This document shows positions 50,425 through 58,898 of a DNA stretch of 64,000 bases, in pieces. Each line of letters begins with the position of its first letter. The first letter of the stretch is position 1. This DNA comes from Candidatus Cybelea sp. (lineage in GTDB: Bacteria > Vulcanimicrobiota > Vulcanimicrobiia > Vulcanimicrobiales > Vulcanimicrobiaceae). The notes beneath the pieces are model-generated. The model did no database searches, was not told where the DNA came from, and saw only the letters and a list, made by a program, of their open reading frames with translations. The stretch lies in the NCBI GenBank assembly GCA_036521375.1, contig DATDHW010000048.1:32345-96344 (forward strand). Reading direction: 5' to 3'. The translations under genes and the position numbers were made by a program.

Positions 50425-51284
50425 GTGCTCGGCTCCCCGAGACGCTTTGCGAGAAACGCGAGCGTGCGCGTCCAGGCGTCGGCCGCCGCTGAAGCGACGT
50501 ACGAGCCGCGCTGATCGTCCATGAAGGCGTGCCCCGCGTTATCGTAGATCTTGATGTCGTTGGGCACGTGCAGCGCCGCTGCGAAGGCGCGAACGCCCTC
50601 GGGAGGAATGCCGGAATCCCGAGCGCCGTAGCTTCCGCAGACCGGCGTTTGTTCTTTAGCAGGGTCGACGTCGGCGAGCGGTCCGTAAAACGGGCAGACG
50701 GCGCCGAACGTCCCCGCATTGTCGATCGAGGCGAGCAGCGCGATTCGCCCGCCCATGCAGAAGCCCAATATCGCCGTCTTCGTCGCCGGAAATTCTTCCG
50801 CACACCAGTGCGCCGCCGCCGCGATGTCGCCATCGTACTGCGCGCGATCGAGTTGTTTTGCGTACGGACGAAAGATGGTGTAGTCGGTCGCTCCGTCGCC
50901 GCTGGGAGCGCCGAATCGTGCGTAGAGATCGGGGGCGATGGCTGCGAATCCGGCTTTGGCAAGCCGGCGGACGATATCGCGGATGGACGTGTCGACGCCC
51001 CAGACGTGCATGATGACGACGACGGTCGCCGTCTGCTTCGTGCTGTGAACCGGGCGCGCCGCGTACGCAGCGATGGCGGTGTCATCGCTTTTGAGCGTGA
51101 CGCGCTCGACGGAGATCGCCGGATCGTTCTCTGCAACCAGCGGCGGGTGCGTCTGGCCGCCTTCGGGAGCGGATAGTACGACCGCCGGTGCGGCGAGCGT
51201 CGCCGCCGTGGAAATGCCGACGAAGACGCGGCGGTTCAACCGAAGGGAGGCAGCCTGCGTCGGGTCGATCTCCGGCGTGCTCAT
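50421..51284 (-). CDS. Dienelactone hydrolase-family protein with a twin-arginine signal
   Basis: 'LNRRVFVGISTAATLAAPAVVLSAP' is Tat-like. 'VVIMHVWG', nucleophile elbow 'GFCMGG', and 'YDNAGHAFMDD'. The stop overlaps the rmuC start by 4 nt. Confidence 0.8.
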   Translation of the reverse strand: MSTPEIDPTQAASLRLNRRVFVGISTAATLAAPAVVLSAPEGGQTHPPLVAENDPAISVERVTLKSDDTAIAAYAARPVHSTKQTATVVVIMHVWGVDTSIRDIVRRLAKAGFAAIAPDLYARFGAPSGDGATDYTIFRPYAKQLDRAQYDGDIAAAAHWCAEEFPATKTAILGFCMGGRIALLASIDNAGTFGAVCPFYGPLADVDPAKEQTPVCGSYGARDSGIPPEGVRAFAAALHVPNDIKIYDNAGHAFMDDQRGSYVASAAADAWTRTLAFLAKRLGEPST

Positions 51285-51369
51285 CGTACGATCTACCTTT
51301 GACCGCGCGCGTAAACGTCCTCGGAGAAAGGTCCGCGGGAGGTCGCACCGCCTCTGCGAACCTCACGGA

Positions 51370-52071
51370 ATGAAGCGAAGCGTCTTTTTGGCAGGTTCGG
51401 CGACGATCGCCGCGGCCACGAATTCGGCCGGCGCCGCCACGATTCCAGGCGGCGAACATTTTGTGGTGCGTCGTGCCGATTTCGACGAAACGTCGTTTGC
51501 CGCTACCCTCGGACGCCCTGCGGCGGTGCGGCAGGTCTATGAAGCGGTCGCATTCCAGCCCGCCGTGCTCGGCAGCATCAAGAATTCGCTCAACGGACTG
51601 CAATTCGGGTTCGGATATCCGGCGGGTTCGCTTGCAGTTGCGCTGGCGGGCCACGGTCCGTCATCTGCCTACTCGTTTAGCGATTATCTCTGGAAGAAGT
51701 ATCGGATCGGCGAGTTCTTCAAGCTCAAAGACGCCGACGGGCTGCCCGTAACCTCGAACGTCTTCCTCAAGAGCTCGGCGCCGTTCGACCCCGCGCTCGA
51801 TCCCGACGATGAAAAGGGGATGTATCAAGACGCTTCGTTGGAGATGCTGCAGCGGCGAGGCACGGTTATACTGACCTGCCACACGGCGGTCGAGGGCATC
51901 GCCCGGTCACTCGTTCGGCGCGGGTACTCCGGCGCGACGACGAACGCGCAAGCGGTCGCCGACGATATCCTCACCCATTTGATTGCGGGTGCGGTGGTCG
52001 TGCCTTCAATGGTTGCCACGCTTGCCGTTCTCCAATCGACCTATCGTTACGCCTATACGTTGGGAGGTTAG
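51370..52071 (+). CDS. Exported hypothetical protein (unknown family)
   Basis: ATG at 51370 is aa 100 of the listed ORF. Signal-like 'MKRSVFLAGSATIAAATNSAGA'. Good codon bias. I recognise no family. The upstream 99 codons are antisense to the DLH gene. Confidence 0.4.
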   Translation: MKRSVFLAGSATIAAATNSAGAATIPGGEHFVVRRADFDETSFAATLGRPAAVRQVYEAVAFQPAVLGSIKNSLNGLQFGFGYPAGSLAVALAGHGPSSAYSFSDYLWKKYRIGEFFKLKDADGLPVTSNVFLKSSAPFDPALDPDDEKGMYQDASLEMLQRRGTVILTCHTAVEGIARSLVRRGYSGATTNAQAVADDILTHLIAGAVVVPSMVATLAVLQSTYRYAYTLGG

Positions 52072-52075
52072 CGCA

Positions 52076-52873
52076 ATGAATGCGCGTGCGCGCCGGGCGT
52101 CCTTCGCGCTCGCGGCGCTGCTCGCCGTAACCGGCTGCTCGAGCGAGGTGCAGGGCTCGAGCGCGTACGACTCGCGAGCGCTGCCGAGCGGTCCGGTCGG
52201 CCAGTCGATCGCCTACGGACGCGCGATCGTCATGAATACGCAAACGACGATGAAAGGGTACGTCCGCGCGAAGATGTCGTGCGCCGCTTGCCATCTCGGC
52301 GGAGGCACGCAGCCCAAGGGCGGGAGCTTCGTGGGCATCTACGGTGCCTTTCCGCAATGGAATCGCCGCTCGCACCGCGTGATCGCGCTGCAGGATCGAA
52401 TTGCGGAATGCTTCCTCTACAGTATGAACGGCCGCCCGCCGGCGTATGACAGCAAGGCGATGATCGCCATCGTCGCCTACGTCGCGTGGCTCTCGCGCGG
52501 GACGCCGGCCGGGCGGGCGCAAGCGGCGGATCAGCGCTATATCGAACCGCTGCCCAGCGGGTCGCCGAATCCGCAGCGCGGCGCCGTGCTCTACGCGCAA
52601 AAGTGTGCCGCCTGCCACGCTTCCGACGGCGGCGGCCAATCGAACGTCTTTCCGCCGCTCTGGGGCAAGAGCTCGTTCAACAGCGGGGCCGGCATGGCGC
52701 ATATCGACCGGATGACCGGATTCGTCCGGTATAATATGCCGCAGAACGCGCCCGGCTCGCTTTCGCTCGCGCAGGCCTACGATGTTGCCGCCTTTGTCTT
52801 GAGCCACGCCCGGCCGCGCTTTGCCAGGAACGCCCTGGTGGTCACGCCCTCCCTTCCCGCGCGCTACTTTTAG
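52076..52873 (+). CDS. Diheme c-type cytochrome lipoprotein, TsdA/SoxA-like
   Basis: GGGAGG lies 8 nt upstream of the ATG at 52076. Lipobox 'LLAVTGCSS'. Two CxxCH sites ('CAACHLGGG', 'CAACHASDGGG'). 'LQDRIAECFLYSMNGRPP' and 'PPLWGKSSFNSGAGMA...FVRYNMP' resemble thiosulfate dehydrogenase TsdA-type cytochromes. Confidence 0.6.
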   Translation: MNARARRASFALAALLAVTGCSSEVQGSSAYDSRALPSGPVGQSIAYGRAIVMNTQTTMKGYVRAKMSCAACHLGGGTQPKGGSFVGIYGAFPQWNRRSHRVIALQDRIAECFLYSMNGRPPAYDSKAMIAIVAYVAWLSRGTPAGRAQAADQRYIEPLPSGSPNPQRGAVLYAQKCAACHASDGGGQSNVFPPLWGKSSFNSGAGMAHIDRMTGFVRYNMPQNAPGSLSLAQAYDVAAFVLSHARPRFARNALVVTPSLPARYF

Positions 52874-52885
52874 GCTTTCGAGCCT

Positions 52886-52909
52886 CGCTTGCCGTGCGGC
52901 AGGCAAGCG
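52886..52909 (+). promoter_or_regulatory. GC hairpin between the cytochrome gene and the 2-oxoglutarate dehydrogenase gene
   Basis: CGCTTGCC (52886-52893) pairs with GGCAAGCG (52902-52909). There is no T-run, so its function (terminator or leader structure) is unknown. Confidence 0.25.
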
Positions 52910-52946
52910 CGCGGAGTCGTAGGCCTCCGGCCCGCGAAAAGATAAG

Positions 52947-55900
52947 ATGAAACCTGTCTTGGAAGATACTCTCGTTACCGTAACCCTTCCCGAGATGGGC
53001 GAGTCCGTCACCGAAGGCTCGATCGTCGAGTGGCTCCGCGACGTCGGCGACTTCGTCGCCGAGGGCGATCCGCTTGTCGAGGTTACGACCGACAAGGTCG
53101 ACGTCGAAGTGCCCGCGACCGTCTCCGGAGTCGTAACGAAGATCTCCGCGCGCGAAGGCGAGACCGTCTCGATCGGGGCCGACCTGGCGCAGATCGATAC
53201 CTCGAAGAGTAACGGCGCAGCCGCGCGCCCGGCCAGCCGCGGAAATGGTGCAGCGCATCGGGCGGAGCCCGCCAAACCGGCGCCGCCGCCTCCAAAACAA
53301 CCGCTGCGGGCGGGCGAGCAAATCGCCGATCAGCCGGCACGCCGAATGGCCAAGCGCCTGGACGTCGATCTGAGCGCCGTGCGCGGCACGGGACCGAACG
53401 GCATGATTCTGCGCTCGGACGTCATCGAGCAGGCAGATCGGGTGCGCGGGCAGGCGCGACCTCCGCAGACTTCGCTGCCGCCGCTCGCCGCCGATGCGAA
53501 GCTCGTTCCGCTGCGCGGGCCGGCAGCGGCGCTCACCGGCTACATGGAGCAGAGCCTCACGATCCCGACGGCGACCAGCTTCCGAACGATCGCCGTCGAC
53601 GCGCTCGACGCACGCCGCAAAGAGCTCAACGGAGGGCTCAAAGCAGCGGGGCGCAGCGAGAAGGTTTCGTTCACCCATCTGATCGCCTACGCACTGGTCA
53701 CGGCCGCGCGCGAACAGCCCGTCATCACGTATTCTTTTCGACGCGACCCCAGCGGCGGTGCGGCCCGGCTGGAGCCCGGCGTGCACCTCGGGCTGGCCGT
53801 CGACAGCGAACGCAAAGACGGCTCGCGCTTTCTCGTCGTGCCGGTCATTCGCAACGCCGATACGCTGGATTTCGCCGCGTTTCGCGCGCGTTACGAGGAG
53901 CTCGTCGGCAAGGCGCGCGAGAACAAGCTTACCGCCGACGATCTCGCCGGCGCCTCCTTCACGCTGACCAATCCCGGTGGAATCGGAACGATTGCGTCGG
54001 TGCCGCGGTTGATGGCCGGGCAAGGTGCGATCATCGCTGCCGGCGCGATCGGCTATCCGCCGGGCTTTGCTAATGCCAACGAACAGTCGTTACGTCTGCT
54101 CGGCGTGTCGCGGGTCATGCAGATGACCAGCACCTACGATCACCGCGTGATCCAGGGCGCGCAATCCGGTGAATACCTGCGCCGCGTCGACGAGCTGCTG
54201 CAGGGCCGCGGCGGGTTCTACGAGACGGTCTTTGCTTCGCTGGGATTGCAGGCGGCGCCGGGCGCGCAGGTCGTCGTCACGCCCGGCGTACCGGCGAGTA
54301 CGCCGCCCTCCGACGAGATGCTGCGCGCGGTCGCCGCCGGCATGGCGATCGTCTCGGCCTACCGCAGGTACGGTCATCTCGCGGCTCACCTCGATCCGCT
54401 TGGCGCCGAGCCGGTCGGCGATGCCTCGCTTGCGCCGCAAACGTACGGATTGACGCCGGCGCTGCAAAGCGCGATACCCGCGAGTGTCCTGCGCGTGAAA
54501 GTACCGGGCAATACGCTGGCCGACGTTCTTCCGCGTCTGCGTGAGACGTACAGCTCGACGATCGCCTACGAAATCGAGCACATCTCGGACGCGACGCAGC
54601 GCACGTGGCTGCGCGATTACATCGAGTCGGGGCGGAACCGAGCCGAACCCAAGCCGGAACGGCAGATCGAACTGCTCGAACGGCTCACCCAGGTCGAAGC
54701 CTTCGACCGCTACGTGCGCAAGACGTTCCTCGGCCAAAAGACGTTCTCAGGCGAAGGCCTGGACGTGATGGTTCCGATGCTCCAAGAGATGCTGGACATG
54801 CTGGCGGAGGACGGAGTCGCCGACGCAGTTCTCGGCATGGCCCATCGCGGCAGGCTCAACGTCATCGCGCACGTCGTCAACATGCCGTACGAAGAAGTGA
54901 TGATGGAGTTCGAGGCCGCGCAGTACCGCGGCAATCTAGGCGATGACGACGTGATGGGGGACGTCAAGTACCACCATGGGGCGACCGGAACGTTTACGAC
55001 CTCGAAGGGCAAGAGCATCAACGTCACGCTGGCGCACAATCCGAGCCACCTCGAGGCCGTCGATCCGGTCGTCGAGGGGAGCGCGCGGGCGCTCCAGACC
55101 GATCACTCCGAAGGCGTCCCAACCTTCGACCGTAAGCGCGCCGTTCCGATCCTGATCCACGGCGACGCGGCGTTCACCGGTCAGGGGATCGTCGCGGAGG
55201 TCTTTAATCTGCAGTCGCTCCCGGGGTACGAGACCGGCGGGACGATCCATCTGATCGCCAACAATCAGATCGGCTTTACGACCGATGCGAGCGACGCTCG
55301 TTCGACTCGGTACGCCTCGGATCTCGCGAAAGGCTTCGACGTTCCGATCGTCCACGTCAACGCCGACGATCTCGATGCGTGCATCGCCGCGGTTCGCCTA
55401 GCCGTCGATTTCCGGCGCGCCTTCGGACGCGACGCGCTCATCGACGTGATCGGCTACCGCCGTTTCGGGCACAACGAACAAGACGAGCCGGCGTACACCC
55501 AGCCGAAGATGGCCGAGCAGATCAAGAGCCATCCGACCGTTCGCGAGCTCTTCGCCAATAAACTCGTCAACATGGGCGTGATCGGCGCCGAGCGCGTTGC
55601 AGTGCTCGTCGACGATGCGACCGCGCGTCTGCAGGAGGCCCGCCGCGGAGTTCGCGGCGCGCTGGCCTCGCATATCAGCGGCCGCAAGATGTCGGGAAGC
55701 AATACCTTCGACGGAACCGCGCTGCCGCAGGTCGACCGCCCGGAGCTACTCTCGTGGGTCGATGCGCTGAGTACCGTTCCCACGGGCTTCACGCTCAACC
55801 GGAAGCTGCAGGGACAGTTCGAACGGCGCATGGGCGTGATCGCGGAGCGGGGCGTCGTCGACTGGGGCACCGCGGAGTCGCTGGCCTTCGCGTCGCTGCT

Positions 55901-56885
55901 GCTGGCGAGGACTCCAGTTCGGCTGACCGGTCAGGACACCGAACGGGGTACGTTCAGCCACCGCCACGCGGTCTTTCACGATCCCGCGACGCACGCGGTC
56001 TGGATTCCGCTGCAGCACCTCGCAGAAGAGCAAGCCTCGTTCGAGATACGTAACAGTCCGCTCTCCGAGTACGCGTGCATGGGCTTCGAATACGGCTACT
56101 CGACGCAACAGCCCGAAGCGCTCGTACTATGGGAAGCGCAGTATGGAGACTTCTTCAACGGCGCCGAGATCATCGTCGATCAGTTCATTGCAGCCGGCCA
56201 GGCAAAGTGGGGCCAGACGTCGCGCTTGACGCTGCTGCTGCCGCACGGCTACGAAGGCGGAGGCCCCGAGCACTCGAGTGCGCGGCTCGAACGCTTCCTG
56301 CAGCTCGTTGCAGAGGGGAATTTGCGCGTCGCGTCACCCTCGGTCGCGAGCAACTATTACCACCTCTTGCGCATACAGGCGCGCTCCCCGATTGCGGTGC
56401 CGCTCGTCGTGATGACTCCGAAATCGCTGCTGCGCGCCGACGTTGCCGCGGGCAGGCTCGACGATATGGTGAAGGGCGGGTTCGCGCCGGTGCTCGACGA
56501 TCCGCGCGAACTCGATCGCGCGCAGATCGAGCGCTTGATCCTGTGCAGCGGGAAGATTTACTACGATCTCGTCGCGCAGCCCGCGTACAAGGAACTCCGC
56601 CACACGGCGATCGCGCGGATCGAACTGCTGGCGCCGCTCCCCGTCGGCGAGATCAATCGCGTCATCTCCCGCTATCCCAAGCTCACGAAGCTCGTCTGGG
56701 TGCAGGAAGAGCCGAAGAATATGGGCGCCCGCGCGTTCGTACGGCGCCGGCTGCTGGAGGGCAAGCGCGACGGCTTCGACATCGAGTACATCGGGCGCGG
56801 CTACCGGGCGAGTCCGAGCGAAGGCTACGCCGGCCAGCACGCCGCCGAACAAGAACGAATCGTCGCGACGGCGCTCGCGGAGTAA
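52947..56885 (+). CDS. odhA: Fused 2-oxoglutarate dehydrogenase: lipoyl domain, E3-binding domain and E2 succinyltransferase core, then the E1o (TPP) component
   Basis: aa ~8-83 are a lipoyl domain ('PEMGESVTEGSIVEWL...VEVTTDKVDVEVPA'). 'ARRMAKRLDVDLSAVRGTGPNGMILRSDV' is a PSBD. The E2 core ends 'TSTYDHRVIQGAQSGEYL'. E1o blocks follow: 'AYEIEHI', 'LGMAHRGRLNV', 'HGDAAFTGQGIV', 'GYRRFGHNEQDEP', 'WEAQYGDFFNGA', 'LLLPHGYEGGGPEHSSARLERFLQ'. Confidence 0.85.
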   Translation: MKPVLEDTLVTVTLPEMGESVTEGSIVEWLRDVGDFVAEGDPLVEVTTDKVDVEVPATVSGVVTKISAREGETVSIGADLAQIDTSKSNGAAARPASRGNGAAHRAEPAKPAPPPPKQPLRAGEQIADQPARRMAKRLDVDLSAVRGTGPNGMILRSDVIEQADRVRGQARPPQTSLPPLAADAKLVPLRGPAAALTGYMEQSLTIPTATSFRTIAVDALDARRKELNGGLKAAGRSEKVSFTHLIAYALVTAAREQPVITYSFRRDPSGGAARLEPGVHLGLAVDSERKDGSRFLVVPVIRNADTLDFAAFRARYEELVGKARENKLTADDLAGASFTLTNPGGIGTIASVPRLMAGQGAIIAAGAIGYPPGFANANEQSLRLLGVSRVMQMTSTYDHRVIQGAQSGEYLRRVDELLQGRGGFYETVFASLGLQAAPGAQVVVTPGVPASTPPSDEMLRAVAAGMAIVSAYRRYGHLAAHLDPLGAEPVGDASLAPQTYGLTPALQSAIPASVLRVKVPGNTLADVLPRLRETYSSTIAYEIEHISDATQRTWLRDYIESGRNRAEPKPERQIELLERLTQVEAFDRYVRKTFLGQKTFSGEGLDVMVPMLQEMLDMLAEDGVADAVLGMAHRGRLNVIAHVVNMPYEEVMMEFEAAQYRGNLGDDDVMGDVKYHHGATGTFTTSKGKSINVTLAHNPSHLEAVDPVVEGSARALQTDHSEGVPTFDRKRAVPILIHGDAAFTGQGIVAEVFNLQSLPGYETGGTIHLIANNQIGFTTDASDARSTRYASDLAKGFDVPIVHVNADDLDACIAAVRLAVDFRRAFGRDALIDVIGYRRFGHNEQDEPAYTQPKMAEQIKSHPTVRELFANKLVNMGVIGAERVAVLVDDATARLQEARRGVRGALASHISGRKMSGSNTFDGTALPQVDRPELLSWVDALSTVPTGFTLNRKLQGQFERRMGVIAERGVVDWGTAESLAFASLLLARTPVRLTGQDTERGTFSHRHAVFHDPATHAVWIPLQHLAEEQASFEIRNSPLSEYACMGFEYGYSTQQPEALVLWEAQYGDFFNGAEIIVDQFIAAGQAKWGQTSRLTLLLPHGYEGGGPEHSSARLERFLQLVAEGNLRVASPSVASNYYHLLRIQARSPIAVPLVVMTPKSLLRADVAAGRLDDMVKGGFAPVLDDPRELDRAQIERLILCSGKIYYDLVAQPAYKELRHTAIARIELLAPLPVGEINRVISRYPKLTKLVWVQEEPKNMGARAFVRRRLLEGKRDGFDIEYIGRGYRASPSEGYAGQHAAEQERIVATALAE

Positions 56886-56907
56886 AGGCGCGCCATGTTT
56901 GCCTTTC

Positions 56908-57456
56908 CTAGGCTTCCGGTCTTCCGAACATCAAATGCAGCAGCTCTTCGATGCGGCGAGCATCGACGAAGAGCCGTCGGGTCTGCTCAGTGATGAAGCC
57001 TTGTCCCACCATCGAGTCGAAGAGCGCGAGCAGCGGGTCGTAATAACCGCGGTAATTCAGCAGCCCGATCGGCTTGTCGTGAATCGCGAGCTGGCGCCAG
57101 GTCACCATTTCGCAGAACTCATCCATCGTGCCGAACCCGCCCGGCAGCGCGATGAATGCGTCGCTGAGGTCCGCCATCATCGCCTTGCGCTCGTGCATCG
57201 TCGTGACGATGTGCAGCTGCGCGAGGCCGGGGTGCGCGATCTCCGTTTCGGCGAGGGCCTGCGGAATGATTCCGATTACTTCGGCGCCGCAGGCAAGGGC
57301 CGTATCGGCGACGATGGCCATCAACCCAACGCTGCCCCCGCCGTAGACGATGCCGTAACCGGCCTGGGCGACGCTGCGCGCGACCGTAGCCGCCATCGCC
57401 GCGAACGCCGGATCGTCCCCGGTCCGCGATCCGCAAAAAATGCAAAGACGCTTCAC
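56908..57456 (-). CDS. LOG-family nucleotide 5'-monophosphate nucleosidase (TIGR00730-type)
   Basis: 'IFCGSRTGDDP', 'GIVYGGGSVGLMA' and 'ALPGGFGTMDEFCEMVTWRQL' are LOG signature motifs. Confidence 0.85.
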   Translation of the reverse strand: MKRLCIFCGSRTGDDPAFAAMAATVARSVAQAGYGIVYGGGSVGLMAIVADTALACGAEVIGIIPQALAETEIAHPGLAQLHIVTTMHERKAMMADLSDAFIALPGGFGTMDEFCEMVTWRQLAIHDKPIGLLNYRGYYDPLLALFDSMVGQGFITEQTRRLFVDARRIEELLHLMFGRPEA

Positions 57457-57485
57457 CGTTTTGCGCGGTTGGGCGAGGGGCTCTG

Positions 57486-58898
57486 ATGCGCCTGCTCGCC
57501 CGCGTTTGGTTTTGGGCGGCTCTGGAGCTCGTCGTGCTCGTCGTGCTCGCCTGCATCCGCGCGAAGCTCTGGACGTACGGCTCGGATACGGGTACCTTCG
57601 CGCAAGTCGTCGCCGGCGCGTTGCACGGAATGCGCGACGGCGTCGAAGATGGATCGCACTTCGGTTATCATTGGTCGCCGTCGCTCCTGCTGCTGTGGCC
57701 GCTGGTTGCGTTAACCGGCAGCGCTCTTCCGTTACAGATCGCGCAGGCGGCGGCGACGGTCGCGTGCGCGCCGCTGGTCGCAGCGCTGGCGCGCCCGTAC
57801 GCAGGCGTTACATTGGCGGAGCGTCTGGGCATCCTGACGCTGCTCTATCCCCCGCTGCTGGCGGTCGGGTTCGACGAGTTTCACGAGCTCGGGCTCTTCA
57901 GCGCGCTCGTGCTCGGAATGTTCGTTTCGGCCGATCGCGGGCGGTGGCTGTGGTTTGCGCTGTGCGGACTCGTTGCGCTGGGGCTGCGCGAGGACGCCGC
58001 GCTGACGCTCGTTTTCTTCGGTGGTGCGCTCGCGTGGATCGCCGCGCGGCCGGCTCCGGCCGCAGGCGGCGCGCTGCTCGACGGTTCTCCGCGCGGCGGG
58101 ACGCTGGTTGCCGGCACGCTGCTGGCTGCGGGAAGTTTGGCGTCGCTGCTCGTCTACTATCTCGCGATCGTGCCGCGCGTAGGCGGTTGGCGGCCGAGCC
58201 ACTTCTACATCTATCCCTTCGCCGACGGTCCGCTGGCGCTGGCCGCTGCTCCGTTCGTGCATCCGATCGCCTTTGCGCGCGCGATCTTCACGTTTGGGCG
58301 CCTCACCTACGTCCTCGAAGCGTTCGTGCCGCTGCTGTTCCTGCCGCTGCGTTCGCGGTGGGCGCTGCTGGCGTTGCCCGGCGGTACGGTCGTTTTGCTT
58401 GCGAACTCCGGGTATGTCTGGCGCATGGGGGATCACTATGCGGCACTATGGATCCCTTGGCTGCTCGTCGCGACCGTGATGGGAGTTGTAACGGTAGCCC
58501 GGAAGGCAAATTCGCACGCTGCGAAAAACTGGACGAGCGCTGCCGCCGTCATCTGCGTAATTTTCTTGATCGCCTTCGATCCGCTTCACCCGCTGCACTA
58601 CTTGCATCCGTACTATCACGATCTCGCCGACGCACGGCGAGCGCTGAACTGCGTCCCCGAGAACGCATCGCTGTCGACCTACGACGAATGGTTCTCCGCG
58701 GTGGCCGCCCGGCGACCGCTCGCGACGATCGACAAGACCAGCGGCGTCCAATACTTGGTCTATGCCGACGACTTTCCCAGCGATGCCTACCGGTTGACGA
58801 TGCGCCCGGCTATCGCCCGGGAGGTCGCGCGGGGCGAGTATCGCGTCCTCTGCCGCTTTGGCGAAGTCGCGGCCTATCGGCGAAAGGACTCGAAATGA
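57486..58898 (+). CDS. DUF2079-like polytopic membrane protein (possible GT-C-type transferase)
   Basis: About 12 hydrophobic segments. 'GSDTGTFAQVV...GSHFGYHWSPSLLLLWPL' resembles the DUF2079 N-terminal block. It is the sensible frame beneath the first half of the 923-aa R-rich ORF 57440..60211. Confidence 0.5.
   Translation: MRLLARVWFWAALELVVLVVLACIRAKLWTYGSDTGTFAQVVAGALHGMRDGVEDGSHFGYHWSPSLLLLWPLVALTGSALPLQIAQAAATVACAPLVAALARPYAGVTLAERLGILTLLYPPLLAVGFDEFHELGLFSALVLGMFVSADRGRWLWFALCGLVALGLREDAALTLVFFGGALAWIAARPAPAAGGALLDGSPRGGTLVAGTLLAAGSLASLLVYYLAIVPRVGGWRPSHFYIYPFADGPLALAAAPFVHPIAFARAIFTFGRLTYVLEAFVPLLFLPLRSRWALLALPGGTVVLLANSGYVWRMGDHYAALWIPWLLVATVMGVVTVARKANSHAAKNWTSAAAVICVIFLIAFDPLHPLHYLHPYYHDLADARRALNCVPENASLSTYDEWFSAVAARRPLATIDKTSGVQYLVYADDFPSDAYRLTMRPAIAREVARGEYRVLCRFGEVAAYRRKDSK

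Noticed and set aside
51971-54023. Minus-strand ORFs 51971..53275 (434 aa) and 52842..54023 (393 aa)
   Set aside because: They are antisense to the diheme cytochrome gene and the 5' part of the E2o-E1o fusion. Their Arg-rich composition is that of shadow ORFs.
57440-58894. N-terminal 485 aa of the 923-aa ORF 57440..60211
   Set aside because: It is Arg-rich nonsense in the alternative frame of the DUF2079 membrane protein gene. The genuine P450 begins at the internal ATG 58895, which overlaps the DUF2079 stop.
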